Below the pieces are notes generated by a model. That model was not told the DNA's origin and searched no databases. It saw only the letters and a list, made by a program, of their open reading frames with translations. Shown in pieces: positions 9,791 to 22,317 of a stretch of DNA of 32,000 nucleotides. The first letter of the stretch is position 1, and every line of letters begins with the position of its first letter. This stretch comes from Archaeoglobus fulgidus DSM 4304 (GTDB lineage: Archaea > Halobacteriota > Archaeoglobi > Archaeoglobales > Archaeoglobaceae): NCBI RefSeq assembly GCF_000008665.1, contig NC_000917.1, forward strand, positions 1,770,001-1,802,000, given 5' to 3'. Position numbers and translations under genes: made by a program.

Positions 9791-10445
9791 TTTCCATCAC
9801 CTCCAATTTCTCCCTTATTTCGGAAATTTTCGAATCCAGAAGGAAAAAGGCGATGTAGAGCAAAATGAACGCGATTATCATAACTCCCAACAGCATTCCC
9901 CTCTCCGTATCAAAGCTCACTTCGAAAGGTTTTGGATGAAGCGGGGAGAGGAGAGACGAAAAATAGCTCATCGGAACCGTGACGAAGGCGAAGATGGAGT
10001 AGATGGCTGAGTATCTCGCCTTCACCGCATAATCCTCAATGCTCGCTCTCAAACCGAAGTACGCAGCGTAGGCAAACCAGAGGACGAGAACAAACGTCTC
10101 TCTCGGGTCCCAGTTCCAGTAGCTCCCCCAAGCGACCTTTGCCCATATCGAGCCGCTTATGAGAGCGGCGGTAATCATAGCAAAACCGAATTTTGCTGAG
10201 CTCACAGCCTGAACATCCCTTCTGTAGTTCTCCGTTTTGAGAAAAACAACTGAGAAGGCCAGAGTTACCGCGAATGCCACAAAAGAAGTAACGGCTGCGG
10301 GGACGTGAAAGAATATTATTCTGTAGTTCTCAGCTATTGTCGGCGATGAAACGGGAGCGAGTGAGAGTACCTTGTAAACACCGTAAACGAGCATCGCGAA
10401 GCCGGAGAAGAAGCACAAAGCTGAGGCTTTAGACCACATGACCAA
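9783..10445 (-). CDS. ccmC: Heme-handling protein CcmC (cytochrome c maturation, WWD family)
   Basis: Trp-rich WWD motif WGSYWNWDPRETF, flanking conserved His contexts (FFHVPAAV, LSPLHPKP), about six TM helices. The start is either TTG 10445 or ATG 10439. Confidence 0.85.
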   Translation of the reverse strand: MVMWSKASALCFFSGFAMLVYGVYKVLSLAPVSSPTIAENYRIIFFHVPAAVTSFVAFAVTLAFSVVFLKTENYRRDVQAVSSAKFGFAMITAALISGSIWAKVAWGSYWNWDPRETFVLVLWFAYAAYFGLRASIEDYAVKARYSAIYSIFAFVTVPMSYFSSLLSPLHPKPFEVSFDTERGMLLGVMIIAFILLYIAFFLLDSKISEIREKLEVMENE

Positions 10446-10475
10446 GCGTGTATGAACAAGGCTTTAAGTTTTTCC

Positions 10476-11270
10476 CTAACCCCTCCACGAGACTGCGAAG
10501 TATATCGACGATGCTATGGCTGCCGCAACCGCACCTGAAGGAATGCTGAAGTAGAAAGAGGTTAAAAGGCCAAAGTAAAGGCTTGAGAGGGCTAAAACGA
10601 ATGAAATGAGGAAGACTGACGAAAGATTTCTTCCCAGCAGCCTTGCAGTCGATGAGGGAGCAATGAAGATTGAAAAAACAAGAATCGCTCCGACAGCTTT
10701 CAGCGCCGTCACAACTGATATCGAGATCAGGGCGATCAGCAGGAAATCGTAAAGGTAAACGTTGATACAGGTCGCCTCCGCCCCTGAGGGGTCGAAGGAT
10801 ATGAAAATGAACTTGTGGTAAAAGAACGAGATTGCAATAAGCACGAAAGCCGTTGTGATTGCTACAATCACGAAATCGTCGAGGGTGAGGAGCAGAACAT
10901 CTCCGAAGAGAAACTGCCAAGCATTTGATGCTGAGTTTCTGGTCATTGCGATAAATATGGCCGCCAGAGCCATGGATAAGGAGAAGGCGGTTGCGATGCC
11001 AACGTTCACATCACCTCTCCTTGCGGCCTTCGCAGAGAGAACTGCAAAGAAGACTGCTGCAATCACAGCAAAAAGAAAGTAGTGAGCGCTGAAGCCAATT
11101 GAGTTCAAGAAGAGAGCGAGAGCAACTCCTGCCAGGGCAGAGTGGGCGGAGCCAGCAACGAGAAACGATGCCCTTCTGAAAACAGTAAGGGTTCCGGCTA
11201 TGGATGCGTTCAGCGAAATCAGCACTGAAGCTATTAAAGCCCTCAAAATGAGCTCATCCATGGTAATCAC
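10476..11270 (-). CDS. Metal ABC transporter permease (ABC-3, ZnuB/TroC/MntB type)
   Basis: 264-aa polytopic membrane protein with the composition and length of ABC-3 permeases. Overlaps the ATPase gene by 17 nt (alternative ATG 11261). Confidence 0.85.
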   Translation of the reverse strand: MITMDELILRALIASVLISLNASIAGTLTVFRRASFLVAGSAHSALAGVALALFLNSIGFSAHYFLFAVIAAVFFAVLSAKAARRGDVNVGIATAFSLSMALAAIFIAMTRNSASNAWQFLFGDVLLLTLDDFVIVAITTAFVLIAISFFYHKFIFISFDPSGAEATCINVYLYDFLLIALISISVVTALKAVGAILVFSIFIAPSSTARLLGRNLSSVFLISFVLALSSLYFGLLTSFYFSIPSGAVAAAIASSIYFAVSWRG

Positions 11271-12015
11271 CGTAAAGCGGATGTGTGAAGCCCTCCTCGC
11301 AAATTACGATTGGTATGGACGTGCCGTAAGCTTTTATGATGTTCTCCTCTGAGAAAACCTCGTTTGGTTTTCCTGCCGCTATTATCCTCCTGTTGAGCAG
11401 AACAACTCTGTCAATGTTGTGGAGCAATGGATTGATGTTGTGAACCACTGCAACGACAGTTTTGCCCTTGGAACTCATCTCCGCAAGCACCTCAACTATT
11501 TTTTCCTGCGATGGCACGTCAACGCCGTTAAAGGGCTCATCGAGCAGCAGAATTTCTGGGTCGGAGATTAGAGCCCTCGCGAGCAGCACTTTCTGCTGCT
11601 GCCCGCCACTTAGCTCGCTGAAAAGCTTATCTCCAAACCCATCCAAACCGACCATTGAAAGAGCCTCTCTTAGCTTACTATCACCAACCTTTTTCCCTCT
11701 CGCCAGCAATGGCAATTTTATAACCTGAGAAACCGTCAGGGGAGCTTCAAGAAGAATCTCCTCTCTCTGAGGAAGATAGCCAACCCTGCCAACGAATTTA
11801 TCCCTCTCATCAAAGGCGTTATAACCGAGAACTTTAACAGTTCCCTTAGTGGGCTTTAAAAGTCCGAGAATAAGCCTGAGCATCGTGCTCTTTCCAGCCC
11901 CGTTGGGGCCGAGTACCGCAACAAACTCCCCCCTTCCTATACCCAGGTTCAGATCACTCAGAACCTCGCTGGAGTTGTAGGAGAAACTCACGTCGTAAAA
12001 CTCTATTACTTTCAT
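11254..12015 (-). CDS. Metal ABC transporter ATP-binding protein (ZnuC/TroB type)
   Basis: Walker A GPNGAGKST, signature LSGGQQQ, Walker B LLLLDEP. ATGA overlap with the upstream binding-protein gene. Confidence 0.92.
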   Translation of the reverse strand: MKVIEFYDVSFSYNSSEVLSDLNLGIGRGEFVAVLGPNGAGKSTMLRLILGLLKPTKGTVKVLGYNAFDERDKFVGRVGYLPQREEILLEAPLTVSQVIKLPLLARGKKVGDSKLREALSMVGLDGFGDKLFSELSGGQQQKVLLARALISDPEILLLDEPFNGVDVPSQEKIVEVLAEMSSKGKTVVAVVHNINPLLHNIDRVVLLNRRIIAAGKPNEVFSEENIIKAYGTSIPIVICEEGFTHPLYGDYHG

Positions 12016-12950
12016 AACCTCACCTTTATCACAGCGATGATAAGAGCCTCAACTACACAAAGGACTGAAAGAACGTATATCCAGACGCTGTCCCTGCTGC
12101 ATTCCGCGTAGCCTCCTGCATAGGCGATTCTTGCTGCGTTTGAAATGAGCATTGTGTCGTAAGCCGAATCTCCTGAAGAGAACCTAACCCATGCTATTTT
12201 CGCATTCGTACCCTTAACCAGTTCCTTCGCCATTTCCTCTCCCTTTCCACCCTTCATAAACTCCGGAACGATTATTCCCCTGTAATCTCCGCTTTCGAGC
12301 TTTTTTCTTATTTCAGCAAGCTCTCCTGCGCTTGCGCTACCCGCTCCTTCTGAAATCAGAACTGCTGCAACGCTCAAGTTATAGGTTTTAGCTATGTAGC
12401 AGACTCCGGGTACCATCGCAACGTATTTCCTTCCCGACTCCCCTTCCGAGATCCTTTTGGCCTCTTTTTCCGCCTCCTCGACTCTCTCAACGAAGACTTT
12501 AAAATTTTCTTCAAACTGCGCCTTTTTTCCGGGATACATCTCTGAGAGCTTGTCCTTAACCGCCTTTGCGATCCCTACTGCGTTTTCTGGTAGCATCCAG
12601 TAGCCGTGCGGGTTGCTTTCGAAGCCGGGAAAGTCGTAGAGCTTTGCGTTGTAATCTCTAAAATCGAGGGTGTTGGAGAACTCACTTGCTATTTTTGCCT
12701 CAAAATCCAGCAGTTTTGAGTTTGCAAGCACGATGAGGTCCGCTTTCCTCATTTTCTCAATATCCTCAACCGTTAGGCTGAAGGCGTGAGGATCGGAGCC
12801 TGGGGGGAGCAGGCTGTAAACTTCAAAGCCATCTCCAGCAACCGCCTCAACGATTGGCTTGAAATCGGGCACCGTAACGACTATTGTCGATGCCTCGGCT
12901 GTGCTGAGGAGGAGAAAAAGTGATAAAGCTGCAATAATGACGGGTCTCAC
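12012..12950 (-). CDS. Metal-binding protein of an ABC importer (TroA/ZnuA/PsaA cluster-9 type)
   Basis: Signal/anchor segment VIIAALSLFLLLSTAEAS, and metal-ligand contexts SDPHAF and NPHGYW. GGAGGTGA lies 5 nt upstream of GTG 12950, which overlaps the repressor stop (GTGA). The track start is 12980. Confidence 0.85.
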   Translation of the reverse strand: MRPVIIAALSLFLLLSTAEASTIVVTVPDFKPIVEAVAGDGFEVYSLLPPGSDPHAFSLTVEDIEKMRKADLIVLANSKLLDFEAKIASEFSNTLDFRDYNAKLYDFPGFESNPHGYWMLPENAVGIAKAVKDKLSEMYPGKKAQFEENFKVFVERVEEAEKEAKRISEGESGRKYVAMVPGVCYIAKTYNLSVAAVLISEGAGSASAGELAEIRKKLESGDYRGIIVPEFMKGGKGEEMAKELVKGTNAKIAWVRFSSGDSAYDTMLISNAARIAYAGGYAECSRDSVWIYVLSVLCVVEALIIAVIKVRL

Positions 12951-13366
12951 TTTTTCACCTCCGGAATTCTCTTCCCACACGGGCAGAATTCTCTGTCACC
13001 GTACCTTGCTTCGAGGGCATCAACGAGGCTGCTGCCGGCAACCATGCCTATTTTTTCAGCCTCCTTGCAGAAGTCCTCCACGCCGAGGTCTGCGAGAAGG
13101 CACTCTATAAGCCTGTGCATCCTTACCGCTGCCCTTGCTTCCATTTTTCCCCTTTCATTCAGAACCAATCCCTTCTTCGGGACGTAAACGCCGTAGCCTG
13201 CCTTAGACAGTTCGTTCAGCATTTTCTGAGCTGTTGATTTCGACACGCCAAGCTCCTCCGCAACCTGCGTGGGACCGATTACTGCAAGACCTTTCTCAAG
13301 TGCGGTGTAAACTGTTCTGAGCACAACCTCTGTTTTTGTAACAAACTTCGTTCGCACAGCGAACAT
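12947..13366 (-). CDS. DtxR/MntR-family metal-dependent transcriptional repressor
   Basis: N-terminal wHTH ([24 protein letters not shown]), a dimerisation/metal-site helix ([10 protein letters not shown]) and C-terminal CPCGKRIP, resembling the CPHG.PIP motif of the family. Confidence 0.85.
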
Positions 13367-13411
13367 ATCCAGACTCGCAATATATATTTAACGGACGCTG
13401 CAACACGGAGC

Positions 13412-14410
13412 ATGGCAAAAATTTATCGCGACGCGGATGCGGATTTGAAGTACCTTGACGGGAAGACTGTATGTATAATCGGATACGGAAGTCAGGGACA
13501 CGCCCACGCCCTGAACCTGAAGGATTCTGGGGTTAACGTGGTTGTCGGACTGCCTGAGTGGGACAAGGCAACATGGGAGAGGGCCGAGAAGGACGGGATG
13601 GTTGTTAAAAAGCTTAGCGAGGCTGCTGATGGAGCAGATGTGATAGCGATGCTCATTCCCGATATGGTCCAGCCTGCTGTGTACAGAGAGCACATTCAGG
13701 ACAAGCTGAAGGAAGGTGCGATGCTAATGTTCGCCCACGGCTTCAACATCCACTACAACCAGATTGTTCCGCCTGAGTACGTGGATGTGGCAATGGTTGC
13801 ACCCAAGGGGCCTGGGCCACTGGTAAGGAGAATGTACGTTGAAGGTAAGGGCGTGCCGTCTTTGGTTGCGGTTGAGCAAAACTACACTGGCAAGGCTCTC
13901 GAAGTCGCCCTCGCCTACGCAAAGGGAATTGGAGCGACGAGAGCAGGTGTCATAGAGACGACCTTCAAAGAGGAAACGGAAACCGACTTGTTCGGAGAGC
14001 AGGTTGACCTTTGCGGTGGAGTTGCGGAGATGATAAAGATGTCCTTCGAAACCTTGGTCGAGGCGGGCTACCAGCCCGAAATAGCCTACTTTGAGGTTCT
14101 GCACGAGCTCAAGCTCATCGTCGACCTGATTTACGAGGGCGGAATTTACAACATGTGGAGTGCTGTTAGCGAGACTGCCAAATACGGAGGAATGACGAGA
14201 GGAAAGAGAATCTTCACAGAGCAGACGAGAGAAGAGATGAGAAAGATCCTGAAGGAAATTCAGACCGGTGAATTCGCGAGAGAGTGGATTCTCGAAAACA
14301 TGGCGGGAAGACCGGTTTACAACAAACTGCTCCAGATGGAAAGGGAGCATCCGATAGAGAAAATCGGAAAAGAGCTAAGGGCTATGATGCCCTGGCTCAA
14401 AAAGGACTAA
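13412..14410 (+). CDS. ilvC: Ketol-acid reductoisomerase
   Basis: [22 protein letters not shown] motif, and FAHGFNIH...DLFGEQ..LCGG class I KARI motifs. Confidence 0.97.
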
Positions 14411-15018
14411 TACACCTCTGCTTTCCCAACAAGCTCCTTTATCAAATTTTTTATAAACCTGCAGTTGTCGCTTTCCTTCAAAGCATCATTGGAAAAGATG
14501 TCTGCCGAGAAGAAGGCCATGTTTCCTTTTCTAACCCCAAAAACCACGTTTTTGCCAGTTCTGAAAGTTATGTCCCCAAGCAATACCTTCGTGTTTCTGT
14601 TCCCGTTAAGGATTACCTCGCACTCCTCATCAACCTCCATATGGTATGGATGGAGGAGCTTTATTACGTCAACACCTCTGAAGTACTCAAGCTTGCCCCT
14701 CATTGCAGAGGCGTTGAGCTCAAGGCAATCCGCGACGGGCAAGAGATTCTCCGAAAGGCGAATCGGAACGTTATTGTTCAAAACATGGAAAACCAAAATC
14801 TTGCTTTTTGCGAGCCGGGAAATAGCGGGAATTTCGGAGAACTCTACGGGTTTTAGGAAAAAAATGATTTCGTACGAGAACTCGATTCTGCTCAATTCCG
14901 CAATATCCGTCGAAATCTGCCCCGAATAGTCCACATGATAGTCATTTATCAGGCACTCCTCAAGCTCCTTGTAGCGATGCCACTCACCATCCTCGGCAAT
15001 CAGCAGTACTGATAGCAT
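14407..15018 (-). CDS. Hypothetical protein, second gene of a pair with the Csa3-like regulator
   Basis: 203-aa ORF starting 6 nt after the upstream stop. The N-terminus [10 protein letters not shown] and alternating beta/alpha pattern suggest a flavodoxin-like or class-I-GATase-like fold. The C-terminal [28 protein letters not shown] weakly recalls DUF4350/GldG-type ends. Function unknown. Confidence 0.6.
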
Positions 15019-15024
15019 GCACTA

Positions 15025-15675
15025 TCATCCGAACATGGCTACAAATGCTTTTCCAAGTTCGGTCAGGAATATGCTGAGGTTCTTCCCCTTTCTTTCGGTA
15101 ACAACAAGCCCATCTTCCTCAAGACCGTTGAGGTGGTAGCTCATTCTCGCCCTCTGTGCCATGTACTTCTTCTGCTCCTCAAGTTTCCCTTCTACGAGCT
15201 CGATTAGCTTGTTGATTGAGTCCACACTCCCGCCTTCCCTCTCAAGCGCCCTCAAAATTTCAAGTTTGTCCTCGTTGACTTTCTTTATTGGAGGGGTGGG
15301 TATTTCAATGACCGAGTCGCCTTTTTTGGTATATATTTTGCTTTCAGAAATCTGGGCGGAAATGAAACAGGCGAGGCAGGTAAGCTTGTCCGAGTCTGTG
15401 ATGTTGAAAAGCACCGTGTTTCCTGCATCAACCTCCTTTCTCACGGTCCTGAGTATGTCCACAACAGCCTCATACACGCCGTCACTTTTAAGCTCTAGAA
15501 CCTCAACTTCAACCAGGGAGCTAAGCGTTCCCTTAACCTCATCAACGTACTTCTTAGACTCCTCGCTGTCAAATATTAGGTATGCCTTATGAATCGGATG
15601 TCCACTCATTTTCACACTGTCCACAATTTCAGCGGTGTTTGATTCAACTGAAATGACATGCACGAAACTTACCAT
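15025..15675 (-). CDS. Csa3-like putative regulator: CARF-type Rossmann-like N-domain plus C-terminal winged helix
   Basis: 216 aa. The N-domain pattern VHVISVE...AYLIFDSE...VLFNITDSDKLTCLACFISAQI aligns by eye with Sulfolobus Csa3 (FVTMGF...LVIVVPSP...IISDLTMGMRMINTLILLGII). The C-terminal EDKLEILRALEREGGSV...YHLNGLEEDGLVVTERKGKNLSIFLTELG is wHTH-like. T-rich TATA-like box about 25 nt upstream of ATG 15675. Confidence 0.55.
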   Translation of the reverse strand: MVSFVHVISVESNTAEIVDSVKMSGHPIHKAYLIFDSEESKKYVDEVKGTLSSLVEVEVLELKSDGVYEAVVDILRTVRKEVDAGNTVLFNITDSDKLTCLACFISAQISESKIYTKKGDSVIEIPTPPIKKVNEDKLEILRALEREGGSVDSINKLIELVEGKLEEQKKYMAQRARMSYHLNGLEEDGLVVTERKGKNLSIFLTELGKAFVAMFG

Positions 15676-15756
15676 AGCACTAAAAAAGTTTTGTTGTTTA
15701 AAAAATTTTCTATTATAGAGCGCCAGAGTTTACGAGAGAGTCGTAAGGTCAATACT

Positions 15757-15761
15757 AAAAA
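15757..15761 (-). terminator. Oligo-T tract downstream of 23S (possible archaeal terminator)
   Basis: T5 on the minus strand, about 25 nt past the 23S processing stem. Confidence 0.3.
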
Positions 15762-15783
15762 GTAGTTGACAAAGCCATGCAAA

Positions 15784-15799
15784 GGTTCGTCCCCAATCT

Positions 15800-15814
<15 letters not shown>
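15784..15814 (-). other. 3' half of the 23S precursor processing stem (bulge-helix-bulge candidate)
   Basis: 15784-15796 GGTTCGTCCCCAA is the exact reverse complement of 18775-18787. Pairing continues (ATGC/GCAT, CTGAGACCGGC/GCCGGTCCCAG) with 3-nt bulges. Confidence 0.6.
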
Positions 15815-18756
<2,942 letters not shown>

Positions 18757-18770
<14 letters not shown>

Positions 18771-18787
18771 GCATTTGGGGACGAACC
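18757..18787 (-). other. 5' half of the 23S precursor processing stem
   Basis: Complementary to 15784-15814 as described for that feature. Confidence 0.6.
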
Positions 18788-18863
18788 TCTGCACGGCTTC
18801 ACCTGGGCAAACTTGCCCATCAACCCTTCCCCGACGACTTTCATCGCCGGGTGCACGTAATAA

Positions 18864-18935
18864 TGGACTCGGCGGGATTTGAACCCGCGGCCTCCGCCTC
18901 GCAAAGGCGGCGCTCTCCCGCTGAGCTACGAGCCC
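18864..18935 (-). tRNA. tRNA-Ala (anticodon UGC) in the 16S-23S spacer, CCA not encoded
   Basis: Reverse strand: GGGCTCGTAGCTCAGCGGGAGAGCGCCGCCTTTGCGAGGCGGAGGCCGCGGGTTCAAATCCCGCCGAGTCCA. It folds as a 72-nt cloverleaf with a TGC anticodon, the G3:U70 alanine identity pair and a TTCAAAT T-loop. Confidence 0.97.
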
Positions 18936-18937
18936 TT

Positions 18938-18971
18938 GGGCTTGTCAGCATATGAGCCCGGCAGGCGAAGG
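18938..18971 (-). other. 3' half of the 16S precursor processing stem
   Basis: GGGCTTGTCAGCA (18938-18950) is the exact reverse complement of 20527-20539. GCCCGGCAGGCGAAGG (18956-18971) pairs near-perfectly with 20506-20519. Confidence 0.65.
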
Positions 18972-18986
18972 CTGGAATGCACCTTT

Positions 18987-20478
<1,492 letters not shown>

Positions 20479-20505
20479 TGGCGGGGGCTAAAGCGGTGAA
20501 TACAT

Positions 20506-20539
20506 CCCTCGCCTGCCGGTTTGCTCTGCTGACAAGCCC
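20506..20539 (-). other. 5' half of the 16S precursor processing stem
   Basis: Complementary to 18938-18971 as described for that feature. Confidence 0.65.
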
Positions 20540-20682
20540 ACATCAGACCGCATTTTGCATGCGGTCCTCCCACAATATACCGTGGGCAGGAAGGCCTCCC
20601 CTCATCACGGGCTTACGCCCTTTCGGGGCACTTGCCGGACCCACGGTTTTCGTTCTTGGCAACACATTATTTGGTTTTTAGG

Positions 20683-20690
20683 TTTATAAG
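20683..20690 (-). promoter_or_regulatory. Candidate TATA box of the rRNA operon promoter
   Basis: The reverse strand reads AAAAGCCTTATAAACCTAAAAACC, about 200 nt upstream of the 16S 5' end. It is the only good A/T box between the CYTH gene stop (20775) and the structured leader. Confidence 0.4.
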
Positions 20691-20774
20691 GCTTTTGCTC
20701 AAGCCCTTTCCCTTATCCACCTGTATGATGTAATTAGCTCCCGCATCAATCGATATTTAAGACTTTTGGCCGAT

Positions 20775-21302
20775 TTAAAGAGACTCTTTTCGTGATTTTT
20801 TCTGTAAGATAAGCTCAAGGTACGAATCTCTGATGCTCTCATTCCTTGAGTAGCCAAGCTGCTCGGCGATGGAAAAGACCTTCTCTTTGGCATCAATGTT
20901 ATCAGCCTCCACCTCGATTTCAACAAACTTTCCAAGGCCCTCAACATCATCTAAGCAGATTATAGCTTCACACAAGCCATAAATTCTCCTGAGCTTCTTA
21001 ACTTCCGCAACAGCCCTGAAGCCGAGCTTTTCGAGGATTTGCTTAGCTGCTTCAAAATTCTCAACCTTAAGCTTAACCTCTTCCCTGCTTTTCGTCTCCA
21101 CATCAACCTTCGGACCTTTATAGGTTAAAGTTATCCCCTCCACATCCTGCCTTATCCTCAGAGCCTCATCGCTACTGGCAAAATCCCTGCACGGATGGGA
21201 GAAGTAAATGTCGTGCTCGAATTTCTCAATAATTAGTTCCGCTATTTCCTTTACCTTCTCCTCCACCCCTTCGCGGTAGGGAAACTTGGCCTCGACCTCC
21301 AT
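20775..21302 (-). CDS. CYTH-domain protein (class IV adenylyl cyclase / triphosphate tunnel metalloenzyme)
   Basis: N-terminal EVEAKF (ExExK signature). 175 aa, with alternating acidic/basic beta-strand residues (RIRQ, LTYKG, KLKV, VEIEVE) typical of the CYTH tunnel. Confidence 0.85.
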   Translation of the reverse strand: MEVEAKFPYREGVEEKVKEIAELIIEKFEHDIYFSHPCRDFASSDEALRIRQDVEGITLTYKGPKVDVETKSREEVKLKVENFEAAKQILEKLGFRAVAEVKKLRRIYGLCEAIICLDDVEGLGKFVEIEVEADNIDAKEKVFSIAEQLGYSRNESIRDSYLELILQKKSRKESL

Positions 21303-21349
21303 CTCAATCTTTTTATATCCGCCCCTTGGGGCTTAAAAAGGTGGTGTTA

Positions 21350-22111
21350 ATGATATCGGATGGTGACTTTATCAGGCTCAGCTACACAGCAAAGCTGGAG
21401 GATGGAACGATTGTAGATACCACTGACGAGGAGGTGGCAAAGGAGCACGGGATATACAACGAAAATGCGAGGTACGGGGATATATACATCGTGGTGGGCA
21501 AAGGTCACGTTCTGCCCGGACTTGAGGAGGACATAAAGGGCAAAGATGTGGGATACAAGGGCACAGTCGAGATTCCACCTGAGAAGGCCTTTGGCGAGTA
21601 CAACCCCGATTTGAAGGACACCTTCAGCGTCAACAGGTTCAAGGAGAGACCCGAAATCGGGCAGAGAGTGAGAATTGGCGACAGAATCGGAACGGTTGAG
21701 AGGATAGTTGGAAGGAGAGTCATCGTTGACTTCAACCACCCCTTGGCTGGCAAAAAAATCATCTTCGACTACGAAATCAAGGAGAAGCTTGAGAAGCCAG
21801 AGGATAAAATCAAGGCTCTCTTTGTAATTCACACGGGCATTGACGTGAAGGACGTTAAGATTGAAGACGGCAAGGCAATCGTTGAGGTTTCGAGCGACGT
21901 CTACCTGAATCAGGTCTTTCTCATCGGCAGATACAGGGCTGTGAAGGATATCTTTGAAAATACAGAGGTAAAGGAAATTGAAATCGTGGAGAGGTTCGAG
22001 AGGGAGCAGGAGCTTCTGAAGCTTGGAGAGGAAATAAAGGCTGAAGAGGAAGCTGAGAAGGAAGGAGAGAGTGGCGAGGAGGAAGAGCAGACTGAAGAAA
22101 AAGAGGAGTGA
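21350..22111 (+). CDS. Long-type archaeal FKBP peptidyl-prolyl isomerase/chaperone with an IF insert and acidic tail
   Basis: FKBP core: DFIRLSYTAKLEDGTIVDTT...VVGKGHVLPGLEEDIKG...VDFNHPLAGKKIIFDYEI. GGTGGTG lies upstream of ATG 21350; the track start is TTG 21326. Poly-Glu C-terminus. Confidence 0.9.
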   Translation: MISDGDFIRLSYTAKLEDGTIVDTTDEEVAKEHGIYNENARYGDIYIVVGKGHVLPGLEEDIKGKDVGYKGTVEIPPEKAFGEYNPDLKDTFSVNRFKERPEIGQRVRIGDRIGTVERIVGRRVIVDFNHPLAGKKIIFDYEIKEKLEKPEDKIKALFVIHTGIDVKDVKIEDGKAIVEVSSDVYLNQVFLIGRYRAVKDIFENTEVKEIEIVERFEREQELLKLGEEIKAEEEAEKEGESGEEEEQTEEKEE

Positions 22112-22124
22112 ATTTTCATAAAAA

Positions 22125-22130
22125 TTTTTT
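22125..22130 (+). terminator. Oligo-T tract after the FKBP gene
   Basis: T6 located 14 nt after the stop codon. Confidence 0.35.
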
Positions 22131-22317
22131 ATTGGTATATAGTGGCTTCGATTAGTATTTTATAGTTCAAGTTTACATAACTATAGTTATAACAAGAAGC
22201 CTTTCTCTCCAAGATTGGTTTCTTGTTTGGATGAGAGTGGTAGATTGAAGCTTGAATTATGCAAATTGGAACGAATCTGGAAGATTTTGCCGTCTTCCAG
22301 CGGAATAAAATTTAGAG

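Noticed and set aside
20699-20950. 83-aa minus-strand ORF overlapping the 3' end of the CYTH gene and running toward the rRNA promoter.
   Set aside because: It is out of frame with, and largely inside, the well-supported CYTH gene. It has no SD and an unremarkable translation.
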